DNA from: Candidatus Aminicenantes bacterium
GTDB lineage: Bacteria; Acidobacteriota; Aminicenantia; JAMOAD01
Direction of reading: 5' to 3'
Length of the DNA stretch: 64,000 bases
Assembly: GCA_027061995.1 (NCBI GenBank)
Contig: JAMOUT010000057.1
Span: forward strand, 65,688-129,687
Shown here piece after piece: positions 10,970-21,307 of the stretch. Both the position numbers and the translations under genes were made by a program. Each line of letters begins with the position of its first letter. Position 1 is the first letter of the stretch. The notes beneath the pieces were generated by a model. That model worked only from the letters and a program-made list of their open reading frames with translations, made no database searches and was not told the DNA's origin.

Positions 10970-13678
10970 TTACCTCCTCTTTTTCTTCTTTTTCTTTGGT
11001 ATTGAACCTTTTATTTTAAATTTCGGTTTCATCTCTCTTTTTATCTCTTCTTCAGGGACGGGGGTGAATGAAAACAGTATTTTCAAAGATTCCTCTTCTA
11101 TTATATTTATTGTGTGTTGAAACATATCAAACCCCTCTCTTTTATATTCCACAAGAGGATCTCTCTGTCCGTAGCCTCTCAGTCCTATTCCCTCTTTAAG
11201 GTGGTCCATTGCAAGAAGATGTTCTTTCCATCGGGTATCAATTGTCTGAAGAAGTATGACTCTCTCTATCTCTCTCATCTGTTCATTGCCGACCAAATTC
11301 TCTTTTTCTTCATATATTTCATGTAATTTTTTCAAAACCTCTTCAAGATATTCATTTCCGTCAAAACCCTCTTTTTCTATATCAAGCATATCGGGATCAA
11401 CAAAAAATTGCGCTCTCATTCTTGTTTTAAATCTATCCCAATCCCAATCTTCAAAAAAGGTTTCTCTGTTCATATTAGTTTCTTCACCTATTTGAAACAG
11501 GATATCTTCGGTTAATTGATTAAAGTATTCTTTTTGAGATTTTCCCTCGAGAATAGCTTTTCTCATTGCATAGATAACTTCTCTCTGTTTGTTCATAACA
11601 TCATCATATTCAAGAAGATGTTTTCTTATGGAGAAGTTTTGTGCTTCTATCTGTTTTTGAGCTCTTTCTATTGCATTTGAAACCATCTTATGTTTGATAG
11701 GTTCTCCCTCTTGAAGCCCGCTTAATTGCATAATTCTTGATAATCTGTCCGCTCCCCAGATTCTCATAAGATCATCTCCGAGAGAGAGAAAGAATTTTGA
11801 CATACCGGGATCCCCCTGCCTTCCGCATCTTCCCCTTAACTGATTATCGATTCTTCTTGCTTCATGTCTTTCTGTTCCTATGACATATAAACCGCCTAAT
11901 TCAAGAACTTTATCGTGTTCCATTTTTGTTTTATCTTCAAAATCCTTAAGAGTTTTTTCCCATTCTTCGGGACTGATATCTTCAATCTTTTTCCCTTTCT
12001 TTTTAAAATATTCTCTTGTCAAAAATTCGGGATTACCGCCGAGAAGTATATCCGTTCCTCTTCCCGCCATATTTGTGGCGATTGTAACAGCTCCTATTCT
12101 TCCCGCTTGAGCGACAATTTCCGCCTCTTTTTCATGGAATTTGGCATTCAGGACCACATGTTTCACCTTTCTTCTTTTTAATAATCTTGATAATTTTTCC
12201 GATTTTTCTATTGAAACAGTTCCCACAAGCATGGGTTGCCCTCTGTCATTATGTTTTTTTATCTCTTCGACAACAGCATCCCATTTTTCTTCGGGTGTTC
12301 TGTATATCTCATCATCAAACTCTTTTCTTATAAGTTTTTTATTTGTGGGAATAACAAGAACGGGGAGTTTGTAAATTTCAAGAAATTCGGCTGCTTCTGT
12401 CTCGGCTGTTCCCGTCATACCCGAGAGTTTTCTATACATTCTGAAATAATTCTGAAAAGTTATTGATGCAAGTGTTTGATACTCTTCCTGAACTCTAACC
12501 CCCTCTTTTGCTTCAAGTGCCTGATGAAGCCCTTCGGAGTATCTTCTACCGGGCATCAATCTTCCCGTAAATTCATCTACAATAACAACCTGTCCGTCTT
12601 TAACCATATAATCAACATCTCTTTCAAAAAGGGAGTGAGCTTTAAGAGCTTGATTTATTGCGCTTACAAGTTCCATATGTTTAATATCATATATATTTTC
12701 CATTTTAAAATATTTTTCCGCTTTGGCAATCCCCTCTTCGGTTAGGGCAACTGTTTTGGATTTTTCATCCACCTCATAATCCCCTTCCTGTTTTCGAGGT
12801 TCCTTTTTTTGAGCAAACATTGATGAAACCTGCTCTTTATTTGTTATAATTGATTTTCTAAGAGGTCTGACAAATCTGTCAACTTTATAATATAAATCAA
12901 CATTTTCTTCCGTAGGTCCCGAGATTATGAGAGGTGTTCTCGCTTCATCTATTAATATACTGTCAACTTCATCAACAATGGCGAAATTATGCCCTCTTTG
13001 AACAAGCTCTTCAATATAATATTTCATATTGTCTCTGAGATAGTCGAAACCGAACTCATTGTTTGTTCCATAGGTTATATCACAATTATAAGCGGCTTGT
13101 CTGTCCTTGTCCTCCATCTCATGCTGGATGAATCCGACGGTTAGCCCGAGAAATTCAAAAATCTTACCCATCCATTCTCTATCCCTTTTTGCAAGATAAT
13201 CATTAACAGTTACAATATGAACCCCTCTGTTTTTTCTCGGATTTCCGTTTTCATCTATGGAATCAAGAGCATTAAGGTAAGCTGGCAGGGTTGCCACAAG
13301 AGTCTTTCCTTCCCCTGTTTTCATCTCAGCGATATTCCCCTTATGAAGGATAATACCCCCGAGAATCTGGACATCGAAATGTCGCATATTCACGACTCTT
13401 CTGCCGGTTTCTCTTACAACCGCGAAAGCTTCCGGTAATATATCGTCAAGATAATCCTTGACCCTTTCTTCAACTATTTTATCATCTTCATATTGATTAT
13501 AAATCTCATTTATCTTTTCTCTGTAAATTGCGGTTTTCCCTTTTAATTCATCATCACTTAGTTTAACAATATCTGGTTCAAGTTCAGAGATTTTGCGAAC
13601 AAGCGGATAATATTTTTTTAATTCCCTCTCATTCTTTGTTCCGAAAAATTTTTGCACAATCCAATCAAACATATCCAA
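10970..13678 (-). CDS. secA: preprotein translocase ATPase SecA
   Basis: 902 aa; DEAD motor motifs ([43 protein letters not shown]); basic C-terminal tail. Confidence 0.95.
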   Translation of the reverse strand: MDMFDWIVQKFFGTKNERELKKYYPLVRKISELEPDIVKLSDDELKGKTAIYREKINEIYNQYEDDKIVEERVKDYLDDILPEAFAVVRETGRRVVNMRHFDVQILGGIILHKGNIAEMKTGEGKTLVATLPAYLNALDSIDENGNPRKNRGVHIVTVNDYLAKRDREWMGKIFEFLGLTVGFIQHEMEDKDRQAAYNCDITYGTNNEFGFDYLRDNMKYYIEELVQRGHNFAIVDEVDSILIDEARTPLIISGPTEENVDLYYKVDRFVRPLRKSIITNKEQVSSMFAQKKEPRKQEGDYEVDEKSKTVALTEEGIAKAEKYFKMENIYDIKHMELVSAINQALKAHSLFERDVDYMVKDGQVVIVDEFTGRLMPGRRYSEGLHQALEAKEGVRVQEEYQTLASITFQNYFRMYRKLSGMTGTAETEAAEFLEIYKLPVLVIPTNKKLIRKEFDDEIYRTPEEKWDAVVEEIKKHNDRGQPMLVGTVSIEKSEKLSRLLKRRKVKHVVLNAKFHEKEAEIVAQAGRIGAVTIATNMAGRGTDILLGGNPEFLTREYFKKKGKKIEDISPEEWEKTLKDFEDKTKMEHDKVLELGGLYVIGTERHEARRIDNQLRGRCGRQGDPGMSKFFLSLGDDLMRIWGADRLSRIMQLSGLQEGEPIKHKMVSNAIERAQKQIEAQNFSIRKHLLEYDDVMNKQREVIYAMRKAILEGKSQKEYFNQLTEDILFQIGEETNMNRETFFEDWDWDRFKTRMRAQFFVDPDMLDIEKEGFDGNEYLEEVLKKLHEIYEEKENLVGNEQMREIERVILLQTIDTRWKEHLLAMDHLKEGIGLRGYGQRDPLVEYKREGFDMFQHTINIIEEESLKILFSFTPVPEEEIKREMKPKFKIKGSIPKKKKKKRR

Positions 13679-14057
13679 TTTTATATGTTTTATCTTATTT
13701 AGTCAATCGGACTTTTTTTACCTGAAACAGAAAATAAGGGAGAATAGAAAAGAACAAAGGTGAAAAAATGAAGTTATAACGGATGTTCTAAAAGAAAACC
13801 GGAAAATATCATGATAAAAAATATCCTCAACAGATGTAAGCTGGCTTAAAACAGAGATAATTTTCTGTTTTAAATCAACCGCTCCCTTTGAAATTAAGCC
13901 GCCTTTTAACTTTGAGTTATTTTCCCCTCATTATTTTATCTTCTTTATATTTAACTTTTGGAAAATATTTTTGTCCGCTTTGGTAGAAAATGCGGTTGGG
14001 TTTTCGGGGCAATTTCTGTCTATTGACTATGAGCAAAGAAAAAATTATCATATCTTT

Positions 14058-15083
14058 ATGAAAATAGAAGAATTAAAATCTGTTTTGATCACAGGTGGTT
14101 ATGGTTTCATAGGCTCAAATTTTATAAGATTATTAAGGGAAAAGAATCCTTCCGTTAAAATATATAATTTTGATAAATTGACCTATGCCGCAAATATAGA
14201 AAATCTTAAGGATTTTGAAAATGATTCTAACTATACATTTATAAGAGGGGATATTAAGGATGGTTCCATGCTTGATATAATTTTCCCCAAGGTGGAACTT
14301 GTCGTTCATTTTGCCGCTGAAACACATGTTGATCGTTCCATACATAATCCGGGTGAGTTTGTTTTAACCGATGTTTACGGCACTTTTTCACTTCTTGAAA
14401 AGATGAAACAACATAAAAATGTCAAACTTTTCATTCATATATCAACGGATGAAGTTTACGGAAGTATTAAAAAGGGGAGTTTTACCGAGGATTCCCCCAT
14501 GAATCCCTCTTCTCCCTATTCAGCAAGTAAAACGGGTGCTGACAGACTTGCTTATTCCTATTTTAAAACTTATGAATTGCCGATAATTATTGTTCGACCG
14601 TCAAATAATTACGGCCCGTATCAACATGTTGAAAAATTCATCCCTCTGTTTATAACAAATGTTATCGAGGAAAGAAGTTTACCCCTTTACGGAACCGGAG
14701 AAAATATAAGAGATTGGCTTTTTGTTGAAGATAATTGCAAAGCGATAATGACTGTAATTGAAAAAGGAAAAACGGGAGAAGCTTATAATATAGGGGCGTC
14801 ACAGGAGAAAAAAAACATTGAAGTTGTTGATATGATTTTGAATTATTTTAATAAAAGCAGAGACATTCTTGATTTTGTTGATGATAGAAGAGCTCATGAT
14901 TTCAGATATTCTTTGAATTGGGATAAAATCGGTAAACTTGGTTGGAAACCCGAGGTAAATTTTGATGAGGGGCTTAAAAGGACTATAGAATGGTATATAA
15001 ATAACAGAAATTGGTGGGAGAAGGTAAAAAAGGGGGAATTCAGTAATTTTTACCAAAAAAATTATAAAAAGGAATTACAATGA
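14058..15083 (+). CDS. rfbB: dTDP-glucose 4,6-dehydratase-like SDR (RfbB/RmlB family)
   Basis: Rossmann motif TGGYGFIGSNF and the YSASK catalytic motif. The ORF-track start at 13971 is rejected in favour of the internal Met MKIEELK at 14058. Confidence 0.75.
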   Translation: MKIEELKSVLITGGYGFIGSNFIRLLREKNPSVKIYNFDKLTYAANIENLKDFENDSNYTFIRGDIKDGSMLDIIFPKVELVVHFAAETHVDRSIHNPGEFVLTDVYGTFSLLEKMKQHKNVKLFIHISTDEVYGSIKKGSFTEDSPMNPSSPYSASKTGADRLAYSYFKTYELPIIIVRPSNNYGPYQHVEKFIPLFITNVIEERSLPLYGTGENIRDWLFVEDNCKAIMTVIEKGKTGEAYNIGASQEKKNIEVVDMILNYFNKSRDILDFVDDRRAHDFRYSLNWDKIGKLGWKPEVNFDEGLKRTIEWYINNRNWWEKVKKGEFSNFYQKNYKKELQ

Positions 15084-16009
15084 AAGCATTTATAACAGGG
15101 GTTACGGGTTTTGCGGGAACATATCTTGCGGATATACTGAAAAATAACGGGTATGAAATTTACGGAGTCTCTCTTGAAGATAGTGATGATAAAAACATAT
15201 ACAAGGGGGATATAAATAATAAAGAGTATCTATATTCGCTTCTTGATAAAATATCTCCAGATATTATTTATCATCTTGCGGCTACAACATCCGTCAGAAG
15301 ATCTTGGGAGATACCGACCGAAACAATTAATAATAATTTTATCGTCAGTTTAAATATAATGGACTGGGTTAAAAGCAGAAAGGGAGTAAAACTTTTTATA
15401 ATGGGCAGTGGTGAAACTTACGGAAACAGAAACTCATTCCCCATAAAAGAGAGTGATTTAATAGAGCCGCTTACCCCTTACTCTTTATCAAAATATCTTG
15501 CGGAGGAAACCGCTGTTTTCTTCAGTAAGAATCTCGGAACAAAGATTTATCTTTCAAGAGCTTTTAATTTCACAGGTCCGGGTCAAAGAGCTGTTTTTGT
15601 AATTCCCTCGTTTTCCAAACAATTGGCTGAGATGGAATTGGGATTAAGGGAAAAAATTTTAAAAGTGGGAAATCTTAAAGCTATCAGAGATTTTACCGAT
15701 GTCAGGGACACTGCAAAAGCGATATATTTGATAACTGAAAAGGGTAGGTCGGGAGAGCCCTACAATATAGCGAGCGGCAGTTCGTATTCTATTGAGCAAC
15801 TTTTATCAATTCTTCTCGAATTTGTTGATTTTAAGGTGGATATAATAAGAAATGAGAGTGAATTCAGAAAAAATGATATATTAAAACTTGAAGGTTCTTA
15901 TGAAAAATTGTTTAATGATACAGGTTGGAAACCTGAAATAGATATTAAAACAACTTTAAAAGATAGTTTGGATTATTGGCGAAAAAAGTTAAGTGAAAAA
16001 AAATCTTGA
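15080..16009 (+). CDS. NAD-dependent sugar epimerase/dehydratase/reductase (GDP-deoxyhexose reductase-like)
   Basis: 309 aa; TGVTGFAGTYL Rossmann motif; YSLSK catalytic motif; 4-nt overlap with rfbB. Confidence 0.65.
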   Translation: MKAFITGVTGFAGTYLADILKNNGYEIYGVSLEDSDDKNIYKGDINNKEYLYSLLDKISPDIIYHLAATTSVRRSWEIPTETINNNFIVSLNIMDWVKSRKGVKLFIMGSGETYGNRNSFPIKESDLIEPLTPYSLSKYLAEETAVFFSKNLGTKIYLSRAFNFTGPGQRAVFVIPSFSKQLAEMELGLREKILKVGNLKAIRDFTDVRDTAKAIYLITEKGRSGEPYNIASGSSYSIEQLLSILLEFVDFKVDIIRNESEFRKNDILKLEGSYEKLFNDTGWKPEIDIKTTLKDSLDYWRKKLSEKKS

Positions 16010-17309
16010 GATTAAAAGAAAGATAATTCATGTTTTTTTCGGGCTTCCCGTTATTTTATACAGATTTATCCCTTTTGAATGTGTAATGGCAATCGCTATT
16101 ATTGCCATTGTGCATAATCTTTTTATTGCCCCTTTTTACATGCGTTCTGTTTTTAAAAAAGAGAAAAAGATTGACATTGGAATTGTGATATATCCCATAG
16201 CGGTTCTAATATCCATAATTGTTTTTAAAAATAATCCTGTTTATGCATCCTTTATCTGGTTAACCCTGTCTTTCGGAGACGGTTTTTCAGGTTTAATCGG
16301 GGTTATATTCGGTAAAAAAAAATTAAAATATAATCCCGATAAAACTCTTGAAGGATTTTTGGCAGGTTTTATATCTTCTTCAACAGGGATGATTTTAATA
16401 TATCTTTTATTAAGAAACAGATTTCCGCAAACACTTAATCCTAATGAAATCTTTTTCATGATTTTTTTACTCTCTTTTTCAACCTCTTTTGTGGAAACAC
16501 TTCCTTTTAAAATCAATGATAATATCACTGTTCCGATAACAGGTTTTATTATCACTTTTATCTTTATAAATTCAAGCGGAATCTCTCTTTTTATTAATAC
16601 GGATAAAAATCATATAATATATTCCATTTTACTTTTTCTGTTTGCCGCAGCATCTTATATCCTTAAATTTCTTAATCTTTCGGGGAGCATATCAGCTTTT
16701 GTCATAGGATTTTCCATTTTATGCTTATCGGGAATTTATTCCCTCGGACTTTTAATAATATTTTTTATTTTATCGATTGCCGCCACAAAATTCAGGGACG
16801 ATTATAAAAGAATCATGGAGATTTCGGAAGAAAACAATGGAATCAGAGGGTTGACAAGTGTTTTACCTAAGGGGATTGTTCCCCTTTATGTCTCTCTTCT
16901 TATCGCTTTTCATCCGAGTATGATTTATTTTAAGATTATATACCTTGTTGTGATAGGAACAGCTCTTTTTGATACTGTCAGTAGTGAGATAGGGAAAGGG
17001 TATGCGGGGCAAACATTCTCACTGTTAAAACTCAGAAGGGTTTATCCGGGAGAAAGAGGGGGAATATCCGTCGAAGGAACTGTTGCTGGTTTTATCTCTC
17101 TGTTTATCCTTTATTATATAGGGTATTATTTTAATATGTTGAGAGTTGAATATTTGGGGATAATGATATTGGCCCCTCTTATCTCAAATATTTTGGAGCC
17201 TTATTTTTATTTTATTGTAAAAGGGGAAGAGAGGATAAAAAAAGCGATTGTAAATTCACTTAATTTATTATCAGCTGTTTTTATAATGATTATTTTTATT
17301 TATCTGTAA
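15993..17309 (+). CDS. integral membrane protein: CTP-transferase-1/dolichol-kinase-like N-terminal domain fused to a DUF92-like C-terminal domain
   Basis: 438 aa; SFGDGFSGLIGVIFGKKKLKYNPDKTLEGFLAGFISS resembles the CdsA/dolichol kinase C-motif. The C-terminal half is polytopic with GERGGISVEGTVAGF. Confidence 0.45.
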   Translation: MKKNLEIKRKIIHVFFGLPVILYRFIPFECVMAIAIIAIVHNLFIAPFYMRSVFKKEKKIDIGIVIYPIAVLISIIVFKNNPVYASFIWLTLSFGDGFSGLIGVIFGKKKLKYNPDKTLEGFLAGFISSSTGMILIYLLLRNRFPQTLNPNEIFFMIFLLSFSTSFVETLPFKINDNITVPITGFIITFIFINSSGISLFINTDKNHIIYSILLFLFAAASYILKFLNLSGSISAFVIGFSILCLSGIYSLGLLIIFFILSIAATKFRDDYKRIMEISEENNGIRGLTSVLPKGIVPLYVSLLIAFHPSMIYFKIIYLVVIGTALFDTVSSEIGKGYAGQTFSLLKLRRVYPGERGGISVEGTVAGFISLFILYYIGYYFNMLRVEYLGIMILAPLISNILEPYFYFIVKGEERIKKAIVNSLNLLSAVFIMIIFIYL

Positions 17310-17772
17310 AAAAAGAGGCTACCCCTATTGAGATAGCATCGGATTCATCCTCTTTCATCTTGTTTGTATCAACCTTGATAAAATATTTAAGAGCCTCTTT
17401 TACTTGGGATTTTTGTGCTCTTCCGTATCCTGTGATTATATTTTTTACATCGGTAGGGGATATTGAAATTGTTTTAAGATTATTTTCAAAACCAAGATAT
17501 ATCAAAGCGCCCCTGAGATGAGCAAGGAGAAAAGAGCTTCTGACATTTATTCCCGTGAAAATATCCTCTATGATTATTTTATCAACTTGATATTGTTTTA
17601 AGATTTGTTTTATCTCTGTTGTTATTATGAAAATTCTTTCTTCAAAAGAAAGTGTTTTATCGGTTGATATTATTCCGCTTTTTATAAGGGTTAATTCATC
17701 GCCGTTTTTTTCTATGACGGCAAAACCGGTTCTATTTAATCCCGGGTCAATACCTATTACCCGTTTGCAAAT
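17296..17772 (-). CDS. ruvC: Holliday junction resolvase RuvC (apparent AUU start)
   Basis: Minus strand translates ...[18 protein letters not shown]...IIEDIF...DESDAISIG, i.e. RuvC with the catalytic Asp/Glu residues. No ATG/GTG/TTG lies between the upstream in-frame TGA and the IGIDPG motif. There is an ATT with GAGGAG 8 nt upstream. The ORF track shows only the last 69 aa. Confidence 0.7.
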   Translation of the reverse strand: MCKRVIGIDPGLNRTGFAVIEKNGDELTLIKSGIISTDKTLSFEERIFIITTEIKQILKQYQVDKIIIEDIFTGINVRSSFLLAHLRGALIYLGFENNLKTISISPTDVKNIITGYGRAQKSQVKEALKYFIKVDTNKMKEDESDAISIGVASFFTDK

Positions 17773-18509
17773 TTGTCTATCTCCTCATCGCTAATATCAA
17801 AATTAGCCCAAACATTCTGAATATCATCATGATCTTCAAGAACTTCCATAAGTTTTAACATCTGATTCGCTTGTTTACCTTCGAGTTTAACAAATGTTTG
17901 GGGGATTAGTCCCACTTTCGCATCATCATATTCAACGCCATTTTCTTTAAAAGCATTGACAACGGTATCAAAATCTTCGGGTGTCGTATAAACAACGAAA
18001 TTGGATTCCTCCTCCTGCATATCCTCTGCGCCCGAATTTATAACGAGCTCCATAAGTTTTTCCTCATCTATTTTATCTTTAGGAACTATTATGAAACCTT
18101 TCCTGTGAAACATCCATGCGACACAGCCTGATTCTCCCAAATTCCCGCCGTGTTTTGAAAAAATATGTCTTAATTCGGCAACCGTTCTGTTTTTGTTGTC
18201 GGTTACTGTTTCAAGATAAACTGCAACCCCTCCCGGTCCGTATCCTTCATATTTTATCTCTTCATAATTTACCCCTTCTATTTCACCGGTTCCCCTTTTA
18301 ATAGCTTTTTCTATATTATCTTTGGGCATGTTTGCTTGCTTTGCGTCTGCTATTGCTTTTCTTAATCTTGAATTTTTCTCGGGATCTCCCCCTCCCTCTC
18401 TTGCTGCAATTTGAAGTTCCCTGATAAGCCTTGTGAATATTTTACCCCTTTTTGCATCAACCGCAGCTTTTTTATGTTTTATCGAATGCCATTTGGAATG
18501 TCCTGACAT
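17757..18509 (-). CDS. yebC: YebC/PmpR family transcriptional regulator
   Basis: 250 aa; [28 protein letters not shown] is the hallmark N-terminus; adjacent to ruvC as in many bacteria. Confidence 0.9.
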   Translation of the reverse strand: MSGHSKWHSIKHKKAAVDAKRGKIFTRLIRELQIAAREGGGDPEKNSRLRKAIADAKQANMPKDNIEKAIKRGTGEIEGVNYEEIKYEGYGPGGVAVYLETVTDNKNRTVAELRHIFSKHGGNLGESGCVAWMFHRKGFIIVPKDKIDEEKLMELVINSGAEDMQEEESNFVVYTTPEDFDTVVNAFKENGVEYDDAKVGLIPQTFVKLEGKQANQMLKLMEVLEDHDDIQNVWANFDISDEEIDKFANG

Positions 18510-18568
18510 ATCAACCTCCTTAGTATTGAATATTGAATTTTATCACATAGAATTTATTCTTTCAAATA

Positions 18569-19711
18569 TTATTTTTTTCCGATAAAAACAGAGATTGATT
18601 GTTTTACTTTTGAAAGATATTTTTCATAACTGAAGTTTTCTTCAGCGAATTTTTTCCCTTTTTCCCCCGCTTTTATCCCCTCTTGGGATAATCCTCTGTT
18701 TATCCCTTCCGCTATCCCTTCCGGGGTAGGGGGGATTAGAACAGAGATTTCATCCGTTAAAATCTGAGTATGGCTCAGTATATTTGTTGCAACTATCGGT
18801 TTTCCCGATTTTAGATAACTGTATATTTTAAGCGGGGTATTTGTTCCCTCTTTTCGCGGAGACAAAAGTAAATCGGCTGCTTTAATATAATTTATTATCT
18901 CTTTCTTAGGAACCTGTTTTATAAATTTTATTTTACTGTCATCGGGTTTATAATTATTTTTGATTTTTGCTATCTGCTCCTCATCTCCGCCGACAACCAA
19001 AATTTTAACATCATCTTTTAAAAGTTCGGATGCTTTTACAAGAAGATCTATCCCTTGGTAGTGTTCAAGAGTTCCCGCATAAAGAGCTATTTTTTTATCG
19101 GGAAACATATTTTTAATCTCTTTTATCTTTGTTTTATCGGGCTCATACTCTTCATCCAAAAAATTTTCAATTAATATAATGGTTGAGTTTTCGAATTTCG
19201 ATTTCACATGGTTAAAGAGTTCGGGGCAAATCGTTATTATTGAATCCGAGTTTTTAAGGACAAAGTTTTCAAGAATGGTGAGAGTTTTGATAATTGTTTT
19301 TGATTTTGTGAAATTGAAATTTGTCATTTGTTGAGGGAGTGAAGAATGCATATCATAAAGATGGGGTTTTTTAAAAAATTTATTCAAAAAAGCACCGAGA
19401 TATCCCCCCTCCTCATGAGTATGAATGATGTCATATCTTTTAAAAACAGCATAATAGAATGCTTTGGGAAACAAAAACATATCAAGTATGATTTTTTTTA
19501 AAGAGGGACCTATCTTCACTTTTTTAATAAAGGGAACTTTGAAACTTCTTATGATTCTCAGGTTTTTGATTTCAACATCCTCCCCTATCGGGTATGTGAT
19601 AATATCGATTTTATGTCCTAATTCGGATAATGCTTTTATTCGATAAAATTCACTGAAAGGGGTTCCTCTCGGTTCAAAAAAAGGCTCGGGGGCTATCATT
19701 AATATTTTCAT
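18569..19711 (-). CDS. glycosyltransferase family 4
   Basis: 380 aa; GT-B fold architecture; EGGYLGAF and C-terminal E..K-type motif region. Confidence 0.65.
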   Translation of the reverse strand: MKILMIAPEPFFEPRGTPFSEFYRIKALSELGHKIDIITYPIGEDVEIKNLRIIRSFKVPFIKKVKIGPSLKKIILDMFLFPKAFYYAVFKRYDIIHTHEEGGYLGAFLNKFFKKPHLYDMHSSLPQQMTNFNFTKSKTIIKTLTILENFVLKNSDSIITICPELFNHVKSKFENSTIILIENFLDEEYEPDKTKIKEIKNMFPDKKIALYAGTLEHYQGIDLLVKASELLKDDVKILVVGGDEEQIAKIKNNYKPDDSKIKFIKQVPKKEIINYIKAADLLLSPRKEGTNTPLKIYSYLKSGKPIVATNILSHTQILTDEISVLIPPTPEGIAEGINRGLSQEGIKAGEKGKKFAEENFSYEKYLSKVKQSISVFIGKK

Positions 19712-19860
19712 TTTATTTCCTTAATAAATATTTAAGATTGAGATTTTAACATTTATAACCTTATTATTCAACCTTATCCTCTTAAACATGTTGAATAGAG
19801 TTGATTTTATCTGTTAAAAAATGATATTCTACCCTTTAATAAATTGAAACGGAGAAAAAA

Positions 19861-20193
19861 ATGGAGATAATAATAAAATCAAAAGATGAGTTAAAAGAAA
19901 GATTGGAAAAGGATACGGCTCAGCTTTTATATTTTTCCACCCCTACTTGTAATGTTTGTAAAATATTAAAACCTAAAATTATTAAAATGCTTGAAGAAAA
20001 ATATCCTGAGATGGGATTTTATTATATAGATGTTGAGGAACATAAAGAAATAGCCGCGGAAAATTCGGTTTTTACAATACCTACAATTCTTGTATTTTTC
20101 GATAATAAAGAGACAATAAGAAAGAGCAGATATGTCGGGGTAAAAGAGTTAGAAGAGCTTATTCGTCGCCCTTATTCAATGTTTTTTGAATAG
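19861..20193 (+). CDS. thioredoxin-fold protein (CxxC)
   Basis: 110 aa; STPTCNVCKILKP active-site-like motif. Confidence 0.55.
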   Translation: MEIIIKSKDELKERLEKDTAQLLYFSTPTCNVCKILKPKIIKMLEEKYPEMGFYYIDVEEHKEIAAENSVFTIPTILVFFDNKETIRKSRYVGVKELEELIRRPYSMFFE

Positions 20194-20214
20194 TATAATA
20201 AATAAATCTTTTAT

Positions 20215-21180
20215 TTATAATAATCCCTGTTTTTTATACCAAGCTATTGTTATTTTCATCCCCTCTTTGAATTTTATTTTAGGGGAATAATTAAAGAGCT
20301 TTTTGGCTTTTTCTATTGAAAGAGGTTTGCTTCTCTCAAAAAAAGCAAGACTTGATGATGTTAACGGGAGAGTTATTCCGAGAGGTTTGGAGATTGCATC
20401 AAGAGATTTTGCCAGAAGTTTGAGTGGAAGAAGCGGGATTTTAAAAGGGAGAATCTTTTTATTAAGAGTTTTGGCAATGGTTTTTACCATCTCTTCTATT
20501 GTTAAAATTTCATCCGAGCTCATATTAAATATCTCTCCCGAAGGGATGTTTTTTGATTTCATTAAGAGGATTATTCCTTCTGCAATATCTTCAACGAAAA
20601 CAGGGGTTTGTTTACCATCCCCTTTCCCGGCTATAAAAAAATATCCTTTATTTATTGTTCTGAAAAGTTTAAGTGTTCTTTTATCCTCGGGACCATATAT
20701 CCAACCCGGCCGGATAATCTTTATGTTTATTTTATCTTTGAATTTTAATACAGCTTTTTCCCCTTCATATTTTGTTTTTTCATAATTATCTTCAGGGGTG
20801 GGAGGAAAGTTTTCATCAATAACCCCTTGTTTTGTCCCTTTCCCGTAAACTCCAGCGGAGCTTATGTATATGAAATTTTTTATTCCGGAAGAAATTGCCG
20901 CTTTAACCATATTTTCGGGAAAAAGAGTGTTTATTTTATAATAATAATCATAATCAGCTTTTGTCCATCCGAGAGCAGCAGCCATATGAATGATTGTATC
21001 AGCTCCGGCTATAATTTGTTTTAGAAAATCAAAGGATATATTATCTGTTTTTATCTCTTTTACCCCTTTGATTTTTGAACTTGTTTTATTGATAAGATTT
21101 ACAGTTTCATACCCTTCATCAACAAGTTTTCGTAAAACGAATTTTCCCAAAAAACCGGAACCACCTGTAACAATTATCAT
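20215..21180 (-). CDS. NAD-dependent epimerase/dehydratase family protein
   Basis: 321 aa; N-terminal Rossmann motif MIIVTGGSGFLG; YEKTKYEGEK resembles the YxxxK catalytic motif. Confidence 0.65.
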   Translation of the reverse strand: MIIVTGGSGFLGKFVLRKLVDEGYETVNLINKTSSKIKGVKEIKTDNISFDFLKQIIAGADTIIHMAAALGWTKADYDYYYKINTLFPENMVKAAISSGIKNFIYISSAGVYGKGTKQGVIDENFPPTPEDNYEKTKYEGEKAVLKFKDKINIKIIRPGWIYGPEDKRTLKLFRTINKGYFFIAGKGDGKQTPVFVEDIAEGIILLMKSKNIPSGEIFNMSSDEILTIEEMVKTIAKTLNKKILPFKIPLLPLKLLAKSLDAISKPLGITLPLTSSSLAFFERSKPLSIEKAKKLFNYSPKIKFKEGMKITIAWYKKQGLL

Positions 21181-21307
21181 TTGAGATGATATAATAATTA
21201 TAAAAACCGGTCAATTATTTTTTTTCCATAAAATACGAATAAGAAGGAAAAACGAATTATAAAAGAGGATTAAAATATATGTTAGGAAGCCATGTAATTG
21301 CTTGGTT

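Noticed and set aside
13971-14057. N-terminal extensions given by the ORF track (rfbB at 13971, flgF at 23132, flgI at 26244, REC protein at 57025, trmFO at 50747, fliC at 46756, OMP at 61116, fliT at 42984)
   Set aside because: In each case an internal Met preceded by a GGAGG-like SD gives the conserved family N-terminus (for example MKIEELK...TGGYGFIG, MKKRILPV signal peptide, MKKKNILILDDD). The extended versions would add non-conserved residues and overlap upstream genes or terminators.
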